From an uncultured bacterium (GTDB lineage: Bacteria; Fidelibacterota; Marinisomatia; Marinisomatales; UBA1611): DNA of 64,000 nt. The translations under genes were made by a program, and so were the position numbers. The notes under the pieces are model-generated. The model worked only from the letters and a program-made list of their open reading frames with translations. It had not been told where the DNA came from and made no database searches. Positions 10,065 to 20,242 of the stretch are shown here, one piece after another. Positions within the stretch are counted from its first letter, which is position 1; each line of letters opens with the position of its first letter. The DNA lies in contig CALSPG010000005.1 of the NCBI GenBank assembly GCA_943788175.1, forward strand, positions 448,001 to 512,000. Direction: 5' to 3'.

Positions 10065-11498
10065 ATGCTAAACCACTCTGATACGAAAAATGCGGTATAT
10101 GACATTAATGATCCGACTTACTGGGATAAATCTTCCTTAGATAGCGAGCTTAATAGAGTTTATGATGTCTGTATAGGTTGTAGGCTATGCTTTAATCTCT
10201 GTCCATCTTTTCCTTCCCTTTTTAATTCTGTTGATGGAATAGGCGATGAAAAACGAGAGATTGCAGAATCAAAAGGGAGAGTAGAAAAAGAAATTTTAGA
10301 TCGTGAATTTCTAGATTTGCCTGAAGGTGAGCATGCTAGTGAGGCAAGTATAGAAGTGGAGTTCAGAGGAGAAGTCACGGACTTAAGTCAGGATCAAAAA
10401 TGGGAAGTCGTTGATCTATGTTACCAATGTAAGTTGTGCGACCCTATTTGTCCTTATACTCCAGGTAAAGAGCATGAATTTGAACTTGATTTTCCGAAGC
10501 TCATGACGAGAGCTCAGGCAATAAGAACAAAAGACAGAGGTCTGAAATTGAATGATATTTTCCTCTCAAAAACTGATCTATTAGGGAAAATGGGTTCTTA
10601 TTTTGGGCCAATTATTAATTTTACAAATGATATAAAAATTTTTCGCTGGGTATTAGACAAAATTATTGGTATTCACAGAGATAGAAAACTACCAAAACTC
10701 TCAACATTGACATTTGAAAAATGGTTTAGAAGTCATAAATCAAATATTAATAGTCCTGTAGATAAAGTAGTTATCTTTGGTACTTGCTACACAAATTCAA
10801 ATGATGTTGATTTAGGTATAAGTGCTGTTGAAATTTTAGAGCACAATAATGTTGAATGCGTTTACCCGAAGCAGCAATGTTGTGGAGCGCCTCACCTTAG
10901 CCCAGGAGATTTTGATAGTTTCAAATCCCAAGCAAATCCAAATGTAGAAGAACTATATAAATGGGTATCAAAAGGATATAAAATTGTTGTAACAGGTCCC
11001 CCTACATGTAGTCTTACTTTAAAGAGCGAGTATCCTGATTACCTTGATTATAATAATAAGGTAAAAGAAATATCTGAGAATACTTATGATATATCTGAAT
11101 ACCTTGTAATGTTGAAGAAAAAAGATAAAATCAAAACGGATTTTAAAAATAGCATTGGAACAGTTAATTATCATGTCAGTTGTCATCTGAAGGCACAAAA
11201 AATTGGATACAAAAGCAGAGATCTTTTGCGTATTGTTCCAGATACAAAGGTTAATCTCATTAATCAGTGTAGCGGTATGGATGGCGGCTGGGGAATGAAA
11301 TCAGAGTTTTTTGAAGAGTCTATGAAAGTTGCTGACAGGTGTGTTAATGATTTGAGTATAAAAGATAGTGATGTCGCGTGCTCTGATTGTTCGCTTGCAA
11401 GCCATCAGATAAAACAGGCGAGTGATAAAAAAATTAAACCAAGTCATCCAATTATGGAGCTTCATAAAGCATATGGCTTTGAAAAAAATAAAGGATAA
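10065..11498 (+). CDS. Rubrerythrin-associated Fe-S oxidoreductase (GlpC/HdrD-like, CCG domains)
   Basis: CIGCRLCFNLCP and CYQCKLCDPICP 4Fe-4S motifs, QQCCG, QCSG. Confidence 0.85.
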   Translation: MLNHSDTKNAVYDINDPTYWDKSSLDSELNRVYDVCIGCRLCFNLCPSFPSLFNSVDGIGDEKREIAESKGRVEKEILDREFLDLPEGEHASEASIEVEFRGEVTDLSQDQKWEVVDLCYQCKLCDPICPYTPGKEHEFELDFPKLMTRAQAIRTKDRGLKLNDIFLSKTDLLGKMGSYFGPIINFTNDIKIFRWVLDKIIGIHRDRKLPKLSTLTFEKWFRSHKSNINSPVDKVVIFGTCYTNSNDVDLGISAVEILEHNNVECVYPKQQCCGAPHLSPGDFDSFKSQANPNVEELYKWVSKGYKIVVTGPPTCSLTLKSEYPDYLDYNNKVKEISENTYDISEYLVMLKKKDKIKTDFKNSIGTVNYHVSCHLKAQKIGYKSRDLLRIVPDTKVNLINQCSGMDGGWGMKSEFFEESMKVADRCVNDLSIKDSDVACSDCSLASHQIKQASDKKIKPSHPIMELHKAYGFEKNKG

Positions 11499-11504
11499 AT
11501 AAGT

Positions 11505-12092
11505 ATGAACACTATGATTGATAAATCTGATTTATTAAATATTATTGATTATGAAAAACAAAGAGATAATTATAGACAAGAATTAATTAGCTATAAAAAG
11601 AATAGAAGATTTAAGCTTGGTCCAAATATTCTCATGACTTTTGAGAATATGAAGACAATGAAATTTCAAATTCAAGAAATGATGAGAGCTGAGAGGATGG
11701 TACATGACAGTCAAATTGAAGAAGAGATTGATGTTTATAATCCATTAATTCCAAAAGGGAATGAACTGAGTGCTACTCTCTTCATAGAAATAACCGATCC
11801 TGAGAAAATAAGACCAGTTCTAGATAGCTTTATAGGGCTGACAGAGGGCGTAAATGTTTATTTTGAGTTTAATGGTGAAAAAGTTGCTGCTGTATTCGAG
11901 GAAGGAAGAGAAAAAGAGGATAATATAAGTTCTGTGCACTATATTAGGTTTCCTTTTACGTCTGCACAGAAAAATAAATTTGCAAGTGATTCTAATGCGA
12001 TATCAATTAATATTGATTATAATAGCTATACTCACTCAGTCGAGCTAAGCCAGGAAATGATAGAATCTCTTTCAAATGACTTTTCTAATTAA
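11505..12092 (+). CDS. DUF3501 family protein
   Basis: FQIQEMMRAE, YNPLIP, LSATLFIE, SSVHYIRF; follows rbr-RFO. Confidence 0.88.
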   Translation: MNTMIDKSDLLNIIDYEKQRDNYRQELISYKKNRRFKLGPNILMTFENMKTMKFQIQEMMRAERMVHDSQIEEEIDVYNPLIPKGNELSATLFIEITDPEKIRPVLDSFIGLTEGVNVYFEFNGEKVAAVFEEGREKEDNISSVHYIRFPFTSAQKNKFASDSNAISINIDYNSYTHSVELSQEMIESLSNDFSN

Positions 12093-12201
12093 ATAGGTTT
12101 TGAATTAATATATTTTTGTTTCATTTGATTTTGAGCTTTTAGTCTCTTTTACCTTTTTTCTATAAAGGTTATCTTTAAGTGCTTAAACTAATAGGTATTT
12201 A

Positions 12202-13002
12202 ATGAAAGTATATATCAGTGCGGACATGGAAGGTGTTACTGGTGTTTCTCATTGGGATGAAGTTGACCACAATAAACCTCAATACGCCTATTTTCAAGAG
12301 CAGATGTCAAAAGAAGTTGCCGCAGCTTGTGAAGGTGCTACTTTATCTGGTGCAAAAGAAATCTATGTAAAAGATGCCCACTATTCGGCTAGGAATATTA
12401 TACCCTCTTACTTGCCAGAAAATGTAAAAATAATTAGAGGTTGGAGTGGTCATCCCTATTCAATGGTTCAAGGGCTTAATAATAAATTTGATGCCTTAAT
12501 GATGGTTGGTTATCATTCTAGAGCTGGTAGTTCGAGCAATCCATTAGCTCATACTATGTCAAGTGCTAAGATTGATGAAATAATACTTAATGAAAAGCCT
12601 GCATCAGAATTATTATTGCATGGCACCGTCGCCTCGAAATATCATGTGCCCTTAGTATTCGTTTCTGGAGACTTTGGTATTTGTAAAGAGGTTAAAGAAA
12701 TTAGTCCTTTAACAATGACACATAGTGCAATGCAAGGTATTGGAAATTCTACAATAAGTATTCAGCCAGAGCTTTCAAGATTAAAGATAAAAAAGAAAGC
12801 AGAAAAAGCATTAAGTCTTGATTTAAAATCATGTATCTGGGCCCACCCTAAGAAATTTAAATTAGAATTAAAATATATGAAACATGTAGATGCTTATAAA
12901 GCTGCCCAATACCCCGGAGCAATGATGCTAAGTCCAAAGCGCATAGTTTTTGAGAATCAAGACTATGATAATATTATGCGATTTGTTTTGTTTTGTGTTT
13001 AA
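12202..13002 (+). CDS. dppA: D-aminopeptidase, peptidase M55 family
   Basis: ISADMEG, DAH, GYHSRAG, LAHT, VSGD. Confidence 0.9.
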   Translation: MKVYISADMEGVTGVSHWDEVDHNKPQYAYFQEQMSKEVAAACEGATLSGAKEIYVKDAHYSARNIIPSYLPENVKIIRGWSGHPYSMVQGLNNKFDALMMVGYHSRAGSSSNPLAHTMSSAKIDEIILNEKPASELLLHGTVASKYHVPLVFVSGDFGICKEVKEISPLTMTHSAMQGIGNSTISIQPELSRLKIKKKAEKALSLDLKSCIWAHPKKFKLELKYMKHVDAYKAAQYPGAMMLSPKRIVFENQDYDNIMRFVLFCV

Positions 13003-13698
13003 ATGAGTAAGTGGATTATAGAAAAATCTCCAGTGATGGAGTGTCCTGTTTTTGAGGAGGATTTAAACTTTCCTTTGAGGAATGTTTATTGTGTGGGAAG
13101 AAATTATCGAGATCATGCTATTGAAATGGGAAGTAATCCTGATAGAGATCCTCCATTTTTCTTTCAAAAAACTTCCGATATAATTTTAAAAGATGGAGAA
13201 ACATTAAAATATCCTATTGATACTCTTAGCCTTCATTATGAAGTTGAATTAGTAGTATTTATTTCAAAAAATGCTTTTCAAATAAAAGCTTCGGAGGCAA
13301 AAAATATAATTTTTGGTTATGGTGTGGGAGTTGATATTACAAAAAGAGATATACAAAAAGTTGCTAAGGATTCTGGTAAACCTTGGTTTTCAGGAAAAGT
13401 TTTTAATGGTTCGGCCGTTCTTTCTAATATAATTCCAATTTCTAAATCCTTAGATCCTGATAAAATTAGAATTAGTCTAAGTGTGAATGGAGAAAAGAAG
13501 CAAGAATCTGGTTGTAATAAAATGATTTGGAATATTTATGAATTAATATCTATCCTTTCAGAATCTATTCCTCTTAAAGCTGGAGATGTAATATTTTCAG
13601 GTACTCCTGCTGGCGTGGGTAAATTAAAAAAAGATGACTCGGTTTTAGCTAAACTACATCAACCGAACGCTTCATCTTTAAACTTTAAAATTGGTTAG
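13003..13698 (+). CDS. Fumarylacetoacetate hydrolase family protein
   Basis: YCVGRNYRDH, HYEVEL, DITKRD, GDVIFSGTPAGVG. Confidence 0.92.
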   Translation: MSKWIIEKSPVMECPVFEEDLNFPLRNVYCVGRNYRDHAIEMGSNPDRDPPFFFQKTSDIILKDGETLKYPIDTLSLHYEVELVVFISKNAFQIKASEAKNIIFGYGVGVDITKRDIQKVAKDSGKPWFSGKVFNGSAVLSNIIPISKSLDPDKIRISLSVNGEKKQESGCNKMIWNIYELISILSESIPLKAGDVIFSGTPAGVGKLKKDDSVLAKLHQPNASSLNFKIG

Positions 13699-13701
13699 TC
13701 T

Positions 13702-14523
13702 TTGCGATTTATTATCTTTTTTTTAATTTTATTCTCATGTAGATCTGGTAATCAATATCAATGGATAGCTACATTGGCGAAACCGTGGCAGATAAATCAA
13801 AAACAATATGACCAAATTCTACCGAAATTTTTTGACAAGTTTCCAGATTTTGATGAGCGTTTAAAAGCAATAAATTTTTGGAGGTTGGGTACGCCTTATG
13901 GTATCTTTAAATCAGGTGAAGAAAAGGAACCGGATATAGACCCCATATTAAGAATTGACACTACTGATTGCACAATACACGTGCTTACTTCGATAGCAAT
14001 GAGTACAAGCAAAACATGGGTAGGGACAAAGAAAAAGATGGTCGACATTCATTATAAAATAAATGCAAATGGTATTAAATCACCTGATTATTCCATGCGT
14101 TGGCACTACACCTCTGATCGGATTACAAATAATCCTTATACGGTAAATATCACCAAAAATATAATCCCTTTAAAAGATCTTCAAGAGGTAGAGTTGACAT
14201 TAAATAAAAAAAATAATGGGTCCGAATTTTTGGATTTAAATTGGACTTCAAAAAACAAATTTTCCTTTATCCCAACGGCACTTATTAACCAAGCCGTAAT
14301 ATCAAAATTACCAGATGTTTGCGGTGTCGCATTTATAAAAAAATCTTATATGAAAAATGGAATACTAATTGCACATGAAGGGTTTGTCATTAATAATGAA
14401 TATTTAATTCATGCTTCTTCAAATCAGAAAAAGACAGTAAAAGAAAACCTGATTGAATACTTAAACCCTAAAGAAGGGTCTAAGTTTGATGGTGTAATGT
14501 TTTATAAAATTACTTCTGGCTAA
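13702..14523 (+). CDS. DUF1460 / AmiA-like N-acetylmuramoyl-L-alanine amidase (NlpC/P60 fold), lipoprotein
   Basis: Lipobox LFSC; LGTPY, DCT (catalytic Cys), RWHYTSD, AHEG, IHASS. Confidence 0.75.
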   Translation: MRFIIFFLILFSCRSGNQYQWIATLAKPWQINQKQYDQILPKFFDKFPDFDERLKAINFWRLGTPYGIFKSGEEKEPDIDPILRIDTTDCTIHVLTSIAMSTSKTWVGTKKKMVDIHYKINANGIKSPDYSMRWHYTSDRITNNPYTVNITKNIIPLKDLQEVELTLNKKNNGSEFLDLNWTSKNKFSFIPTALINQAVISKLPDVCGVAFIKKSYMKNGILIAHEGFVINNEYLIHASSNQKKTVKENLIEYLNPKEGSKFDGVMFYKITSG

Positions 14524-14528
14524 AAACA

Positions 14529-15581
14529 GTGTTTTTAATAGCCAAGTTTAAAATTGCAATTTTATTGGGTTTTTTTATAGTCATAACTATTTTTTCTTGC
14601 GGTTTTGAACCAGCCTCCACAAAAATAAAACCGAAATTTTTAGAAATTGGAGATACAATCGCATTTTGTGCACCATCAGGATTTTTAGACTCTGCTAGAA
14701 TGTCATTAGCAAAAAAAAGATTAGAAGAAAGAGGATTTCACACAGTCCAATCTGATTCTCTTTTCCGAAATTGGGGTTACCTTGCCGGAAAAGATGAAGC
14801 AAGAGCTAACGAATTGATGCATTATTTTCAAGAAAAAAGTGTGAAAGCAATATTTCCTGGAACTGGAGGATATGGAGCTACACGAATTTTACCACTGCTT
14901 GATTTCGAAATTATAAGTGATAATCCAAAAATATTTATTGGTTTCAGTGATATAACGGCACTTCATATTGCATTAAATAATTTGTCAAATTTGATTACAT
15001 TTCACACGCCAAATCCAATGTATGGCTTAGGTAGTAAAAATGGCCTTGAGCCAATTTCTGAATTTTATTTTTGGTCTCTTTTGATGGGGCAAAGTAATGC
15101 ATATGAAATACCCTTTAATATATATGGAGACTCTTTAAGTGTTAAGGTTCTAGTACCGGGCGTGGCATCTGGGGTTTTAGTTGGGGGCAACTTATCGTTG
15201 ATTTGTTCGGTCATGGGTTCAAAGTATGAAGTCAGAACCGCTAACTCGATTCTATTTATTGAAGACGTAGGAGAGTCTCCTTATAGAGTTGATAGATATC
15301 TTCAAGAGCTAAAACTAGCTGGCAAGTTTGACCAGATTAATGGACTAATAATTGGCAGGTTCTCCCGTAGAAAAACCGAAGAGCCAGACAAACCAACAGA
15401 TTTTAATATGGAAGAAGTTTTTAGACAGTATTTCTCAGAATTAAAAGTTCCTGTAATATATGATTTCCCATCAGGTCATGGATCAAAAAATATATCTATT
15501 CCTTTTGGGGCTAAAGTGGATATAAATACCGATAATCAGTTATTCAAATTATTAGAACTGCCTGTTTCAATTGACAATTAA
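14529..15581 (+). CDS. LD-carboxypeptidase (peptidase S66), probable lipoprotein
   Basis: GGYGATR, IGFSDITAL (Ser), FIED (Glu), PSGHG (His); signal ending IFSC. Confidence 0.9.
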   Translation: MFLIAKFKIAILLGFFIVITIFSCGFEPASTKIKPKFLEIGDTIAFCAPSGFLDSARMSLAKKRLEERGFHTVQSDSLFRNWGYLAGKDEARANELMHYFQEKSVKAIFPGTGGYGATRILPLLDFEIISDNPKIFIGFSDITALHIALNNLSNLITFHTPNPMYGLGSKNGLEPISEFYFWSLLMGQSNAYEIPFNIYGDSLSVKVLVPGVASGVLVGGNLSLICSVMGSKYEVRTANSILFIEDVGESPYRVDRYLQELKLAGKFDQINGLIIGRFSRRKTEEPDKPTDFNMEEVFRQYFSELKVPVIYDFPSGHGSKNISIPFGAKVDINTDNQLFKLLELPVSIDN

Positions 15582-16013
15582 GCTTTTTACTCCTTCCTAT
15601 AAAAACATTCTAGTTACTGATTTCTTCATGATGACTAATCATAAATCAGGTATTACATACATCTCTTCAGAGGATATGATCACTCTATAACTGAATTAAC
15701 AATTTAATCGAGTGTTTTTGCAAAAGTTATTAACTCATGTTAAGAAATAATTTAATTAATGAGTATAGTTTTGACTAATAGCGTTCTGTCCTTGTAATAC
15801 TCAGAAATTGAATAAAACAGGAATTAAACCAAATGGCAAAATTGATAAAAATTTATGCTATGATTACCGAATATGTATTCTTTGAAATAAAGTAAGCTTT
15901 TAAAAAGGTCTTATCTTAAGTAAAGAAATATAAAAAGATTTGGGTTGGAAGGTTTTCTTGATTTAAATTTGAGCGTTATGAACGTTTAATATAGAACAAA
16001 AAAGAAAAAACTA

Positions 16014-17426
16014 ATGAAAAATACGTTATTATACATTTTAATTTTTATTTCATATGCACTTTCAAGTAGTGTAGATGTAAGAATTATAAATACAATTCAA
16101 GAATCTGGATACAATGTTTTGATAGATGGCGAGTTAGTACTAGAAGAACTCAAATCATCTGAATCAAAACCAAAACCAATTTCTGTCCGAAATGAATCAA
16201 TTATATCGATACTCAACAATACTGAGCTGGTGTATGAAGGTAAATTGTCATTTAAAAGTAAAGCGGTTTACGATATATATATTAGTAAGTCAGTTGATGT
16301 CGATCATGGTTATGAAATTTCATTATCATCCGTAGCTTTATTGCCAAATGTTAATTTAGCAGCTAATAAGCCTAAATCAGTTTCTTCTGAATTAGATTTC
16401 AATGTAATTGAAACTTCTCCAGTTACTTCAAGATCAGGAAAGTATGTGCCCAACGATGAGACGAGAGGTATACTTGAGGTAAATCAAGTAGCAAATGTAC
16501 AGATTATACATAATTCACCTTATCCCGTGGTTGACATCTACGTTGATGAAAGCGAAGCACTTGGTGATATTCCTTACAGAGCTACTACTGCACTAATTGA
16601 ACTCCCAACAACCACAGTTGTTGGTATTGCTCCAGCAAATGATACAGTAATCGCAAGATTTCCATTCACACTAGAAACAGATGCTAATTATGTGGTGACC
16701 GCATCAGGAATTATCGGTAATTCTCAGACTCCTTTTAATTTATTTGCATCATCCCTAGAAGTCGTTGCTGTTGATTCTAATCATTTTGCTCTAAAGGTCT
16801 TTCACGGTGCTACTGATGCCCCAGCTGTAGATATATATGCTAATGGTAATATGTTAGTAGAAAACCTTGGTTACAGTGAATATGCTGGATATGTTCAGGT
16901 CCCAGTGGGTGATTACACAATTGATGTAACAGCTAGTGGCTCTAATGTTTCAGTTGCCTCATTTGCGGCTCCATTAACTAATCTCGGCGGTGGAACAGGT
17001 ATTGTTTTTGCATCAGGCTTTTTATCCCCATCTGCAAATGATTCTACGTTTTCACTTATTTTGACCACGCCAAGTGGTTACTCCGTAGAATTACCAAGTA
17101 CTCCAACAGCTTTATTAACGGTTGCAGAGAATAGTAGAATTCAGCCGAAGGTATTTGCGCTCAATCAAAATTATCCGAATCCATTTAACCCCACCACATC
17201 AATATCATTTGATGTATTTGAGCTATCAAATATTTCATTAAATATTTATGATTTGAATGGTCGATTAATAAAAAACCTAATGTCTGGTAATCTAAGCCAA
17301 GGAACATACAGTATTGACTGGAATGGTAAAAATGCAAACGGAGCTTCTGTTGCTGGTGGAGTTTATTTGTATTCAATTACTTCAAATAATAGTACAGTAG
17401 TTAAAAAAATGTCATTAATTAAGTAA
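16014..17426 (+). CDS. Secreted DUF4397-repeat protein with T9SS type-A-like/FlgD-Ig C-terminal domain
   Basis: Signal peptide; repeats QIIHNSP..VDIYV and KVFHGATDAPAVDIY; QNYPNPFNP...KKMSLIK. Confidence 0.75.
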   Translation: MKNTLLYILIFISYALSSSVDVRIINTIQESGYNVLIDGELVLEELKSSESKPKPISVRNESIISILNNTELVYEGKLSFKSKAVYDIYISKSVDVDHGYEISLSSVALLPNVNLAANKPKSVSSELDFNVIETSPVTSRSGKYVPNDETRGILEVNQVANVQIIHNSPYPVVDIYVDESEALGDIPYRATTALIELPTTTVVGIAPANDTVIARFPFTLETDANYVVTASGIIGNSQTPFNLFASSLEVVAVDSNHFALKVFHGATDAPAVDIYANGNMLVENLGYSEYAGYVQVPVGDYTIDVTASGSNVSVASFAAPLTNLGGGTGIVFASGFLSPSANDSTFSLILTTPSGYSVELPSTPTALLTVAENSRIQPKVFALNQNYPNPFNPTTSISFDVFELSNISLNIYDLNGRLIKNLMSGNLSQGTYSIDWNGKNANGASVAGGVYLYSITSNNSTVVKKMSLIK

Positions 17427-17443
17427 ATTTTTAACATCTTTCA

Positions 17444-17481
17444 AGTAGTGCTGAGTGAATCGAAATTTGTTCAGCACTACT
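17444..17481 (+). other. Strong 3' stem-loop (terminator or mRNA stabiliser, no U tract)
   Basis: Perfect 11-bp stem agtagtgctga/tcagcactact extended by G-U pairs. Confidence 0.55.
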
Positions 17482-17595
17482 CCCCATAATCGCCAACAAT
17501 TTTTTTAATAATATATAAATATCATGATTGGTTTGAGGTCTTTTTATAATACTTTCAGTAGCGGAAATAATACTATTTATGAGCAAAGATCGCCA

Positions 17596-17889
17596 ATGAC
17601 ATATTTTTTACTTGGAGTACTATCTCCAATCATTCTTAACCTTATTCATCTTCTGTTTGGAATTTATATAACTAAATCTAGAGGAAATATGTATGGTGTC
17701 GGGTTCTCGGCTATTGGTTTCGTTTCAAAAACATTAGGCATGGTTTTTCTAACATGGTTTGGTGTCTCTTTTGTTAAATTAGATTTTAGAATCTTTGTTC
17801 CCTTGTTAGCTTTTTTTTGGTTCATAACCCACATTCTTGAAGCTTTTATCATAAATGATTATATGAATAAGAACATTAACAAAAAGTAG
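17596..17889 (+). CDS. Hypothetical small membrane protein (about 3 TM)
   Basis: Hydrophobic ORF; ATG at 17596 preferred over 17524. Confidence 0.6.
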   Translation: MTYFLLGVLSPIILNLIHLLFGIYITKSRGNMYGVGFSAIGFVSKTLGMVFLTWFGVSFVKLDFRIFVPLLAFFWFITHILEAFIINDYMNKNINKK

Positions 17890-17936
17890 GCCAACAGTTA
17901 TTATTTACTACAAAAAAGTACCACTCAGAGTAGATT

Positions 17937-19151
17937 ATGAATCTTAATGAAAAATATTATGAAAGTATAATTGACCATCATGGATCTAAACTTTTACTAG
18001 AAAATTTTGTCAACGAAAAGCTTCCTAATTACAAGAGCAAAAGAAACTTTGACTTTGGAACCTACGAAGAAAATTGTGTTAGCGGTCTTTCTCCTGCGAT
18101 AGGTAGAAGAATATTGAATGAAAAAGATATCGTTAAGAGAGTTTCGAATCAGTTTTCTTATGGACAAGTTGAAAAATTCATTGATGAAATATGCTGGCGT
18201 ACTTATTGGAAAGGTTGGCTAGAACATAGGCCGCAAGTATGGTATGATTATTTAGATGATTTAAAACAACTATATCCATTTAAATCGGATAATGTAGATT
18301 ACAAAAATGCCATTTCTGGAAATACTGGACTTGAATGTTTTGATACATGGGTAAACCAATTATTAAAATTTGGATATTTGCATAATCATACAAGGATGTG
18401 GTTTGCAAGTTTATGGATTTTTCATTTGAAACTTCCATGGCAACTTGGAGCAGAGTTCTTTTATCAAAATTTAATAGATGCAGATTCTGCTTCGAACACG
18501 CTTTCCTGGAGATGGGTGGCAGGCTTGCAGACAAAGGGCAAAAAATATATAGCCACCATGGATAATATAAATCGTTTTACAAATAACCGCTTTTCATTTC
18601 CTAATAAACTAATGTTGTCCAACGACGATGTCGCTGGCTATAAATATTATGAACCCACATACGTTGTGACAAAAAGCAATCCAAGTAAATCGAAAAATAA
18701 GGGGTATTTGATTATTGAGGAGGATCTTTCACTCGTGAATGTAGACAAAAATTGTCCTATTATTATTCAGTCTCAGTCGTACAATAAATTTGGACAGAGC
18801 GAACAAGTGGAGTCTTTTTCTAATAAAACTCTTAAAAATGCTATAGAATATTGTAAAAATGAGATTAGTCATAATGTGTCTACCTTTACATGGGAAAATG
18901 CGGAATTAATAGAAAAATGGGTAAAAACATACAGCCTTGATGAGATCGAAATCATCGCTCCTACAGTTGGCAAATATGAAAAAATTATTCCAAAATTATC
19001 AGATCGGTTCAATTTGAACATATCTTATTATTATCATGATTGGGATACTTCTTTTTGGAAATATTCCGATAAAGGTTTTTTTAAAATGAAAAAACAAATA
19101 AAAAAAATAATTTCACAGTTTTGGGAAACGCCCCTTTTTAAAAACTTTTAA
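17937..19151 (+). CDS. Photolyase/cryptochrome-family protein with N-terminal FAD-binding domain (inverted topology, NewPHL-like)
   Basis: SGLSP, KFIDEICWRTYW, GYLHNHTRMWFAS, LPWQLGA, DADSASNTLSWRWVAG all lie in the first 200 aa. Confidence 0.85.
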   Translation: MNLNEKYYESIIDHHGSKLLLENFVNEKLPNYKSKRNFDFGTYEENCVSGLSPAIGRRILNEKDIVKRVSNQFSYGQVEKFIDEICWRTYWKGWLEHRPQVWYDYLDDLKQLYPFKSDNVDYKNAISGNTGLECFDTWVNQLLKFGYLHNHTRMWFASLWIFHLKLPWQLGAEFFYQNLIDADSASNTLSWRWVAGLQTKGKKYIATMDNINRFTNNRFSFPNKLMLSNDDVAGYKYYEPTYVVTKSNPSKSKNKGYLIIEEDLSLVNVDKNCPIIIQSQSYNKFGQSEQVESFSNKTLKNAIEYCKNEISHNVSTFTWENAELIEKWVKTYSLDEIEIIAPTVGKYEKIIPKLSDRFNLNISYYYHDWDTSFWKYSDKGFFKMKKQIKKIISQFWETPLFKNF

Positions 19152-19152
19152 T

Positions 19153-19575
19153 ATGAAATTTCTCTTTGTTCCCGTTGCTTCTGGCGTAATTGTAAAAAAT
19201 AATAAAATACTTATTGGTTTAAGGGCAGAAGGTGATACTGGAGCAGGTATGTGGGAATTCCCAGGAGGGAAAATAGAATTAAATGAATCGAGCGTGAGTG
19301 CTGTAAAAAGAGAACTGAGCGAAGAACTTAATATTGAGGCAATTGTTAATCAAAAAATAATGAAATACTTGCACAAATTTAAGAACACATGCTACGAAAT
19401 TTCATTTTTTGAAATAAATAAATTTTCTGGTTCAATAAAAAATAATGTTCATGATGATCTTCAATGGGTAGAACTAGCATCATTGAAAAAATATCGATTT
19501 ATATCAGGGGACTTATTATTTATTGATAGAATATTAGAAAATCCAACGTTACTAAATGGTTTAACAATTAATTAG
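19153..19575 (+). CDS. NUDIX hydrolase, MutT-like
   Basis: WEFPGGKIELNESSVSAVKRELSEELNI Nudix box. Confidence 0.9.
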   Translation: MKFLFVPVASGVIVKNNKILIGLRAEGDTGAGMWEFPGGKIELNESSVSAVKRELSEELNIEAIVNQKIMKYLHKFKNTCYEISFFEINKFSGSIKNNVHDDLQWVELASLKKYRFISGDLLFIDRILENPTLLNGLTIN

Positions 19576-19584
19576 GGACTCAGA

Positions 19585-20022
19585 ATGAGGTATAGACAAG
19601 AAGTATTTATAAGAGATGTATCATTAAAAAAAGCAAATGAAACATTTAAAGATATCAAATTTCTAAAATATCTTATCGCTTTACAACCTGTAAAAGTAAT
19701 AAGGTGGGATGGTACCTATGATGGTGCTGTTGCTCATATGAAATTTTGGTTTTTTGGATGGAAAGATTTCATAGTATCTCATGGAAATAACAAGCATGAT
19801 AAGACTTCATTTTCCTTTAAAGATATTGGTACCAGTCTGCCATTTGGCCTCACACTTTGGGAGCATGTTCACAAAGTTGTAGAAATTGGCGATGACATAA
19901 AAATAATAGATGAAATATACTTTCTCGGGAAAAACAGGATCGTAATGTTTTTTGTTACTCCAATATTAATTTTGCCTATTTTTCTTCGTAAAGTTTTGTA
20001 CAAAACGTACAGCTGGAACTAA
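19585..20022 (+). CDS. Hypothetical protein, SRPBCC-like
   Basis: FKDIG..LPFGL..WEHVH..IIDEI pattern. Confidence 0.55.
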   Translation: MRYRQEVFIRDVSLKKANETFKDIKFLKYLIALQPVKVIRWDGTYDGAVAHMKFWFFGWKDFIVSHGNNKHDKTSFSFKDIGTSLPFGLTLWEHVHKVVEIGDDIKIIDEIYFLGKNRIVMFFVTPILILPIFLRKVLYKTYSWN

Positions 20023-20051
20023 ATCTGAACGTTTTTATTTCAAAAGTATTT

Positions 20052-20204
20052 ATGAAAAAGCTATCGAAAGTTTGTAAAGTTTGTAAAAGGCCGTTCAATT
20101 GGAGAAAAAAATGGAAATTGAATTGGGAAGATGTAAAGTATTGTTCAAAAAGGTGTTATGGCTCAAGAAATAAAACAAGCGTTTTAGGCGATTTCCAGTT
20201 ATAG
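20052..20204 (+). CDS. DUF2256 family small zinc-finger-like protein (50 aa, absent from ORF track)
   Basis: Own translation: [50 protein letters not shown]. Confidence 0.88.
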   Translation: MKKLSKVCKVCKRPFNWRKKWKLNWEDVKYCSKRCYGSRNKTSVLGDFQL

Positions 20205-20242
20205 TATTTGATATCTTGTACTATTTAAAATTATATTAAAAC

